Virus record (IMG/VR): IMGVR_UViG_3300017774_004409
Span: 1-39,665 of that record
DNA length: 39,665 bases
From: a virus
Lineage: Duplodnaviria > Caudoviricetes
Direction: 5' to 3' (one strand)
Shown: piece by piece, positions 33,713 through 39,665 of the stretch
How positions within the stretch are numbered: the first letter of the stretch is position 1
How the letters are laid out: each line of letters opens with the position of its first letter
Program-made: the position numbers and the translations under genes
The notes under the pieces: model-generated
Databases searched by the model: none
What the model saw: the letters and a program-made list of their open reading frames with translations, nothing else
What the model was told of the DNA's origin: nothing

Positions 33713-34678
33713 ATGAAACTGAGTGATCTAATTGCTTACCGCAGCCATTTGTTGAGCTTTGATGTAGAAGAAATACAGTACACTGCTCAACACAAATTGG
33801 CCAGCGTAACATATGCTGTGAAAAATAGTGTGATACAACCACGTGCATTCACACAGACTCTGCTGGAGGATCGAGAAAGAATTGTTGATGCATTTGATTA
33901 TTTTAACTCCACTGTGACCGAGTTGATAAGAGAACTAGACTGCATGATTGAAATAGCCGAAAAATCATACTATGCTGAAAGCACTAGATTATACAATGAA
34001 GAAATGGCTCGATACAACAAACTCGACGACGCCACCAATCTTGCAGTGAATCAACATATTCTTGATCGTCGCATGCCCATGACTGACGAAGTGCAGCAAA
34101 TGATCGCCAATCGTCTCAAAAGTTATGTTGACTGGAAATACGCTGGCTTGATCATTCGCCCTGGGCGTGAATTTTTTGTCAAGGATATGGTAGGACTCGA
34201 CCCATTGTATCTTGTTGACTACGACAAAGAATTACTAAAACCGTCTGCGGTTGATTTTACAGAAGAATACCAGCGCAGACTGAGACTGTATGAGCAACAT
34301 CCGCTGTCGACTCCGGTGTTAAAAACACTGCCAAAAAATCAATTTGGGCTATGCTTGGCATTTAACTTTTTTGAATTTACACCAATTGAAGTGCTGGAAC
34401 AGTATTTGAAAAGCATTTTTAATAAGTTACGACCCGGTGGCACCCTGGCAATGACATTCAACGACTGTGACCGAGCACACTGTGTGGCATTGGTTGAAAA
34501 AACATTTTGTTTTTATACCCCAGGGCAACGAGTGTTAGCAATTGCAAAACAAATTGGATATCGGCAGATCTTTAGTTGGACCGATACCGGTAACCTCACC
34601 TGGTTAGAGTTACGCAAGCCAGGCAAGTTAGATAGCAATCGAGGCGGGCAAACTTTGGCAAAAATAATGCAGAAATAA
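33713..34678 (+). CDS. Hypothetical protein with C-terminal class I methyltransferase-like fold
   Basis: FNFFEF...YLKSIFNKLRPGGTLAMTF resembles SAM-MTase motifs. Motif I is degenerate (IRPG). Confidence 0.5.
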   Translation: MKLSDLIAYRSHLLSFDVEEIQYTAQHKLASVTYAVKNSVIQPRAFTQTLLEDRERIVDAFDYFNSTVTELIRELDCMIEIAEKSYYAESTRLYNEEMARYNKLDDATNLAVNQHILDRRMPMTDEVQQMIANRLKSYVDWKYAGLIIRPGREFFVKDMVGLDPLYLVDYDKELLKPSAVDFTEEYQRRLRLYEQHPLSTPVLKTLPKNQFGLCLAFNFFEFTPIEVLEQYLKSIFNKLRPGGTLAMTFNDCDRAHCVALVEKTFCFYTPGQRVLAIAKQIGYRQIFSWTDTGNLTWLELRKPGKLDSNRGGQTLAKIMQK

Positions 34679-34690
34679 CTTAGAAATAGC

Positions 34691-34719
34691 TTGCAAAATC
34701 TAAATAACCCGTATACAAT
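34691..34719 (+). promoter_or_regulatory. Sigma70-like promoter with embedded TAAATA
   Basis: TTGCAA, 17-nt spacer, TACAAT. TAAATA at 34701-06. Confidence 0.55.
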
Positions 34720-34741
34720 ACACAACATAGGAGAATTAAAC

Positions 34742-35464
34742 ATGAGAGATCATTTATTAGACTTGGTAGGACACACGCTTGATCTGGGCGTGATTGACTT
34801 GGTAAAAATCACAGGCGATGACAAAGACACAGTCATTGCAGGACTAGCTGAAGATAGATCGGTAGTGGTTGAAGGCAAGTTTGCCAATCCAGTTGCAGAT
34901 TTTATTGGCAATTTTGGCATGCCAAATTTGAGCAAACTAAAAATCTTGCTGAACATTCAAGAATATCGCGAAAACGCCAAGCTCGCCATCACACGACGTG
35001 CCACTGGCGAACCTGAAGGTATCAACTTTGAAAACGCAGCCGGAGACTTTAAAAACAGCTATCGTTTTATGGCCAGTGAGGTTGTCAATGACAAACTCAA
35101 GACTGTAAAATTCAAAGGTGTCAACTGGCACATTGAATTTGAACCCAGCAATGCCAGCATCATGCGATTGAAAATGATGGCACAGGCCAATGCAGAAGAA
35201 GTAAACTTCCAAGCAAAAACAGAAAACGGCAACTTGATGTTTTTCTTTGGCGATCACTCAACACATGCAGGCAACTTTGTGTTTCACCAGGGCACCAGTG
35301 GTCAACTCAAACGAGCATGGTCATGGCCCATCAAAACATTTATTTCCATCTTGGATCTAGCAGGCGACAAGGTTGTCAAGATCAGTGACGAAGGTGCGGC
35401 CATGATCACAGTGGATTCTGGATTGGCTGTTTACAACTACATTCTCCCAGCACAAAGCAAATAA
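34742..35464 (+). CDS. Putative sliding clamp (gp45-like processivity factor)
   Basis: About 240 aa with a clamp-like beta/alpha pattern ending KISDEGAAMITVDSGLAVYNYILP. Near the DNA polymerase. AGGAG SD before ATG 34742. Confidence 0.6.
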   Translation: MRDHLLDLVGHTLDLGVIDLVKITGDDKDTVIAGLAEDRSVVVEGKFANPVADFIGNFGMPNLSKLKILLNIQEYRENAKLAITRRATGEPEGINFENAAGDFKNSYRFMASEVVNDKLKTVKFKGVNWHIEFEPSNASIMRLKMMAQANAEEVNFQAKTENGNLMFFFGDHSTHAGNFVFHQGTSGQLKRAWSWPIKTFISILDLAGDKVVKISDEGAAMITVDSGLAVYNYILPAQSK

Positions 35465-37044
35465 TGACCGAACCTGTTGTTCAAGATAACTTGACTGCCA
35501 AGCAGAATGACTATGCAGTATTCTTGCCTGCAATTTCAGGATTCTATGCCACATTTATAGGCAAGCAACGTGATCCGGTCAATGGTCCATATGTAGAGCC
35601 TGCACGTATGCCGCAGGGCATGCCGGACATGGAACAGATGAATTGGCTCAACAGTCAAAAGGGCCTGTTTCCATATCGTTGGAGCCTGTACTCCGGAGGT
35701 CATGCCAACTTGGATTTGACCAAACAAGACTGGTCAGAGGACATGGTTCGCAATCGTGAACCCGGCACACTAATCTTGGGTGACTCTGGTGGATTTCAGA
35801 TTGCCAAGGGCCTGTGGGAAGGCGACTGGAAAGCCAACTCAGGTTGTCCCAAAGCCGAAAAGAAACGTTCGTCTGTACTAAAATGGTTAGACACTATTTC
35901 TGACTACGGCATGATCTTGGATATCCCAACCTGGGTAGTTGAGGATAAGAAAGCAGGAGCGGCCTGCCAAATTACTACATTGCAGGAAGCGGTTGACGCC
36001 ACCAAGTACAACAATGAGTACTTTATGAAACATCGCAAGGGTGTCAAGAATGGCGGCGCTAAATTTTTAAACGTGTTACAAGGTGCTACACACGGAGACG
36101 CAGATCGCTGGTACGACATGATGAAGGAGTATTGTGATCCTGTAAAATATCCCAACACACACTTTAATGGGTGGTCAATGGGTGGTCAGAACATGTGCGA
36201 TGTGCATTTGGTGTTGCGCCGTTTGGTGGCACTGCGTCATGATAACTTGTTGCAACAAGGTGTACATGATTGGATGCACTTCTTGGGCACAAGCAAGTTG
36301 GAATGGGCTGTGTTACTCACCGTGATTCAAAGGGCTGTTAGAAAGTATGTTAATCCAGACTTTACTATTTCCTTTGATTGTGCCAGCCCATTCCTCGCCA
36401 CAGCAAACGGACAAGTGTACCACGAAATTGTGTTGCCACACGATGGCAAATGGAGTTACAGAATGAACCCCATTGTGGACGACAAAAAGTATGCCGCTGA
36501 CACACGCCCGTTTAGCCAAGGTGTTGTGGCAGATGGTTTGATCGATACATTTGAAGACAGTCCTATCAGTCGGCATTTGCAAATGAAAGATATTTGCTAC
36601 TACAAGCCTGGCGATCTAAATAAGATTGGCAAAGAAGGCAAGACCAGCTGGGACAGTTTCTCATATGCATTACTGATGGGCCATAATGTTTGGCTACACT
36701 TAGAATCAGTACAACGTGCCAATCGTGAGTTCGATGCTGGTAATAGGCCTCGAATGATGTGGGACGCTTGCGGTGACCATACCAAGTTCGAGGACATCAT
36801 AGAAGCAATCTTTGCCACACCTGACCGTGCAGAAGCAGAAGCTATCATTGAAAAATACGATCGGTATTGGATGGACATTGTAGGCACACGCGGAAACAAA
36901 GGCAAAAAGGCCAAAAATGCAAAAAGCCAATTTAATAGTCTGTTCGAAACTGTTGACACCGATATCGAAGATAGTGTACAATCAAATGAAGAAGAGTTAT
37001 CAACCGATAACTTAGATAAACTCGAGCAGGAACAATCTAAATGA
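35464..37044 (+). CDS. tRNA-guanine transglycosylase-like protein (TGT/DpdA-like)
   Basis: LGDSGGFQ, MILDIP, NVLQG, MHFLG and SFDCASP correspond to TGT catalytic motifs. Confidence 0.8.
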   Translation: MTEPVVQDNLTAKQNDYAVFLPAISGFYATFIGKQRDPVNGPYVEPARMPQGMPDMEQMNWLNSQKGLFPYRWSLYSGGHANLDLTKQDWSEDMVRNREPGTLILGDSGGFQIAKGLWEGDWKANSGCPKAEKKRSSVLKWLDTISDYGMILDIPTWVVEDKKAGAACQITTLQEAVDATKYNNEYFMKHRKGVKNGGAKFLNVLQGATHGDADRWYDMMKEYCDPVKYPNTHFNGWSMGGQNMCDVHLVLRRLVALRHDNLLQQGVHDWMHFLGTSKLEWAVLLTVIQRAVRKYVNPDFTISFDCASPFLATANGQVYHEIVLPHDGKWSYRMNPIVDDKKYAADTRPFSQGVVADGLIDTFEDSPISRHLQMKDICYYKPGDLNKIGKEGKTSWDSFSYALLMGHNVWLHLESVQRANREFDAGNRPRMMWDACGDHTKFEDIIEAIFATPDRAEAEAIIEKYDRYWMDIVGTRGNKGKKAKNAKSQFNSLFETVDTDIEDSVQSNEEELSTDNLDKLEQEQSK

Positions 37045-37547
37045 ATAGAGAAGGCCACGAAAACGTTAAGTTTTTTACAGGAGTGGAAGTAGAACATACT
37101 CCTGCTTATGGTAAGACTACATTATTTGTAGTTGGTGTTCAACCCACTGATGCAATTGCGTTGAACTTGAATGGGGCAGAACACATCTATTTTGGTGCCA
37201 ACATGAGTTTTCCCAATTTGGGCATCAACGATGCCAACAGCTGGCGTGAATGGGAAGACATGATTCAATTCTTTCTAGACAAAGGATATCTATGCACACT
37301 GGATATTCCAGTTGCCTGTGTTGAAGGCCTATTAGAAGCTGCCTTGTGTGAGCATAACAATTTTATTCCAATGATTTCGGTAAAATTGCCCTATGTACGA
37401 CAGCTGGGATATAATGCTACAATCAAACTGGATGACAAAGATTTTTCAGCAACCAACCCGGGTGTGTGGTGTCACAGCCTGCACAGTCTACAAAATAGAC
37501 GTGCATTCACTCCGTGGTCTAAATACTCCGAGGATAAAAAAATATGA
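37041..37547 (+). CDS. Hypothetical protein in the deazaguanine cluster
   Basis: Coupled by ATGA overlaps between the TGT-like and QueD-like genes. Confidence 0.65.
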   Translation: MNREGHENVKFFTGVEVEHTPAYGKTTLFVVGVQPTDAIALNLNGAEHIYFGANMSFPNLGINDANSWREWEDMIQFFLDKGYLCTLDIPVACVEGLLEAALCEHNNFIPMISVKLPYVRQLGYNATIKLDDKDFSATNPGVWCHSLHSLQNRRAFTPWSKYSEDKKI

Positions 37548-38002
37548 ACCAACGTGAACAGGCCATGGCCGAACAAGCTATCAGAATTATGGACAATGCA
37601 GAACGTAAAATTTGGGTCACGTTCCGCAAAGAAGGTATTCACAAGTACCCAGCAGCCTTAGAAGACCCGCAACTAGCAACAGGAGATGAATATGATGTTT
37701 CGTTTTTGGGCTATCCTCATCGCCATATTTTTCATTTTAGGGTTTGGATTGACGTATTCCACAATGACCGAGATGTGGAGTTTATACAATTCAAACGCTG
37801 GCTTGAACGACTGTATCATAGCGACCAAGGTGTACTGTCGCTAGACTACAAGAGCTGTGAAATGATCAGTGACGACTTGTACACACAAATTGCTGCTCGG
37901 TATCCAGACCGTGCGGTATGGATTGAAGTGGCCGAAGATGGCGAGAACGGCGCTTTGATCAAATATGAACTTTCTCGACCCAGTCTTAGCATTAAAATTT
38001 AA
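37544..38002 (+). CDS. QueD/6-pyruvoyl-tetrahydropterin synthase-like T-fold protein
   Basis: GIH...PHRHIFHFRV (His triad), SCEMI and IEVAEDGENGA. Confidence 0.65.
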   Translation: MNQREQAMAEQAIRIMDNAERKIWVTFRKEGIHKYPAALEDPQLATGDEYDVSFLGYPHRHIFHFRVWIDVFHNDRDVEFIQFKRWLERLYHSDQGVLSLDYKSCEMISDDLYTQIAARYPDRAVWIEVAEDGENGALIKYELSRPSLSIKI

Positions 38003-38013
38003 AAGGAATTACC

Positions 38014-38238
38014 ATGGGTAAGCAACATGTGGCATACAATAACCCCAAGGCACGGGCTGTGTTGAACGAGCTGGAACGCTTTTTAGAGTTCTGCTGTAAC
38101 TTCGGTTATCGTTACAACGAAGCGGACCTGTATAACTTCAAAAGTTATGCATGGCAACAGTACAACAAGTACTCACAGGGCAAAAATGCTCGCGACATGT
38201 GGGCCGAGGACGCTCGTCGACTGAATAGAAATATCTAA
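38014..38238 (+). CDS. Hypothetical protein
   Basis: 74-aa ORF, AAGGA SD. Confidence 0.6.
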   Translation: MGKQHVAYNNPKARAVLNELERFLEFCCNFGYRYNEADLYNFKSYAWQQYNKYSQGKNARDMWAEDARRLNRNI

Positions 38239-38239
38239 C

Positions 38240-39133
38240 ATGATACACATCTTCTTTGATTGTGGATCTTTTGGTAGTACCATAGAATCAGTGTTGCGCA
38301 ACTACACCGATCATAGCACACCAATTGATTCTAAAATTTTAGATGATGGGTCCATGCATTCCTTTCGCAAAGAACAACATGTGACTGATATTGAGACATT
38401 AGATAATTTTCTTCAACTGGACACTCCCAGCAATAAAATTATCACCACACCGACATATCCGTTTAAGGAATTTAAACTTCCTACAATACTTGATTATTTT
38501 TCTTTGATCGAATCTTGGAAGGATGACACAAAGATTTTAATATTCCAACCTGATCTACGTGCTTGTGAATTAAATTTATTGTTTAAATATCATAAAGTTT
38601 GTGTCAGTTATACAAATACAGGGCTAGGCATCATTGTTGGCGAAAATCAACACAATATTCTAAACTGGAACAAAGACTATACACATTGGACTCAGATGAG
38701 ACCGTGGGAACTGAGAGAATGGTTGAGTATATTTTATCCGGGATTTGTTCAAGAGTTTATTGATTCCCAAAATCAAGTGGACGATAGCTGGTTAAAACTC
38801 ACCAACATTGATGTCCTGTACAGCACCCAGGATTCGTTGCTTAAAATAATCGATCACTGCGGATTGACCAACACCAAAGATCTTACAGAATTTGTGGCCC
38901 AATGGCAACAAGCACAAAACTACATTGTGGATGAGTTTAATTTGTTAGACCGTATTGTTGATTGTGCTATCAATAATCAACCATTGGTTTGGAAACCCGT
39001 CAATATCATAGCAGAAGCCATTGTTCAACAACGACTACGAACAAAAGGTTATGAGATTCGCTGTGACGGGCTTGACATTTTTCCAACTGATGCTATAATG
39101 TTTAATACACTACTAGAGAAAGTAAATCAATGA
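38240..39133 (+). CDS. Hypothetical protein (AT-rich, possibly sulfotransferase-like fold)
   Basis: 297-aa ORF with N-terminal IFFDCGSFGSTI. Confidence 0.55.
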   Translation: MIHIFFDCGSFGSTIESVLRNYTDHSTPIDSKILDDGSMHSFRKEQHVTDIETLDNFLQLDTPSNKIITTPTYPFKEFKLPTILDYFSLIESWKDDTKILIFQPDLRACELNLLFKYHKVCVSYTNTGLGIIVGENQHNILNWNKDYTHWTQMRPWELREWLSIFYPGFVQEFIDSQNQVDDSWLKLTNIDVLYSTQDSLLKIIDHCGLTNTKDLTEFVAQWQQAQNYIVDEFNLLDRIVDCAINNQPLVWKPVNIIAEAIVQQRLRTKGYEIRCDGLDIFPTDAIMFNTLLEKVNQ

Positions 39134-39665
39134 GAAAACTATATTACATGGGCTTGGAAAGTTACGAAGCCCGTTATACCCTACAACTCACAGAGTGGAA
39201 CCGACGTGTGTTTGATCGCCGCGGCCTTGATGTTGTGTATGTTCCCGGAACTACTATTGACAATAGTCAAGCTATTTCAGTAGGACAAGTGCTGGACGCA
39301 CACGGACGCAGTTATTTCAGCATGAGTCAGATGATGAATCTGGTCCAGCTAATGAAGAACGGAGAAGTTACCCATGAAGATGTGGTCTATTTTGAAGACA
39401 TGTTCCAACCTGGAATGGAAAGTCTACCTTACATCCTTGATCAAATTCCTGCTGATCAGCGTCCTCGTGTGTATGTGCGCTGTCTTGCTCAGTCCATTGA
39501 TCCTGATGACTTCGTTCATGTATGGGGTATGGAGAAATGGATGGGCTTCTACGAACAAATGGTTAACGAGTTCGTGGACGGGGTTCTCGCCACAAACGAG
39601 GAGATGGTTGCTCATATGCGCATTGCTGGATGGCGTGCTCCTATCTATAATATTAGTGGTCTAGC
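39130..39665 (+). CDS. Putative glycosyltransferase, N-terminal part (3'-truncated, not in ORF track)
   Basis: ATG 39130 overlaps the upstream TGA. Open to the window end: MRKLYYMGLESYEARYTLQLTEW...DVVYFEDMFQPG...IYNISGL. The GT-B assignment is from recalled family resemblance only. Confidence 0.6.
   Translation, partial: MRKLYYMGLESYEARYTLQLTEWNRRVFDRRGLDVVYVPGTTIDNSQAISVGQVLDAHGRSYFSMSQMMNLVQLMKNGEVTHEDVVYFEDMFQPGMESLPYILDQIPADQRPRVYVRCLAQSIDPDDFVHVWGMEKWMGFYEQMVNEFVDGVLATNEEMVAHMRIAGWRAPIYNISGL

Noticed and set aside
216-37097. Numerous minus-strand and off-frame ORFs in the ORF track
   Set aside because: They are shadows of longer motif-bearing + strand genes. Only the desaturase and the embedded o-spanin have independent support.
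39374-39664. 96-aa + strand ORF in the track
   Set aside because: It is out of frame within the longer, translationally coupled ORF starting at 39130 that runs off the window.
1-39665. Bacterial chromosome interpretation (tctC, dnaJ, clpA, dps, desaturase)
   Set aside because: These genes are interleaved with spanins, endolysin, holin, a T4-like PolB/clamp and TAAATA motifs in a dense one-strand phage layout.
1-39665. Stop-codon reassignment as in some large phages
   Set aside because: Genes are full length and tightly packed under the standard code, with TAA and TGA both used as stops. TAG reassignment is not needed to explain any ORF here.

Overview
This window looks like part of a large T4-like ('jumbo'-type) dsDNA phage genome, almost entirely coded on the + strand. 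The spanin pair points to a Gram-negative host, and a Bug/TctC gene tentatively points to Betaproteobacteria. Order: (1) 1-3.5 kb, auxiliary metabolic cluster (ferritin-like di-iron protein, TctC, C26 glutamine amidotransferase, P-loop-like protein, 2OG-Fe(II)-type oxygenase). (2) 3.5-7.4 kb, lysis cassette (i-spanin with embedded o-spanin, GH19 endolysin, two paralogous membrane proteins, holin). (3) DnaJ and ClpA behind sigma70-like promoters. (4) 12-29 kb, a late-type block preceded by TAAATA motifs. Its genes start with T4 capsid-targeting-like leaders (e.g. MRAHEFIAE) and consist of unrelated modules joined by recurring [LIVM]-x-E linkers (QGVAEG, LNE, LDE) that are also conserved as DNA repeats. 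I infer virion-packaged, prohead-protease-processed polyproteins with swappable cargo: nucleotidyltransferase, HExxH peptidase, amidoligase, GH19, GNAT, deaminase. (5) A structured non-coding RNA candidate at about 29.05-29.16 kb. (6) Replication and DNA-modification block: DsbA-like protein, radical SAM, family B DNA polymerase, sliding-clamp-like protein, TGT/DpdA-like, QueD-like, and a truncated glycosyltransferase. All family calls come from motif recognition by eye; no searches were run.
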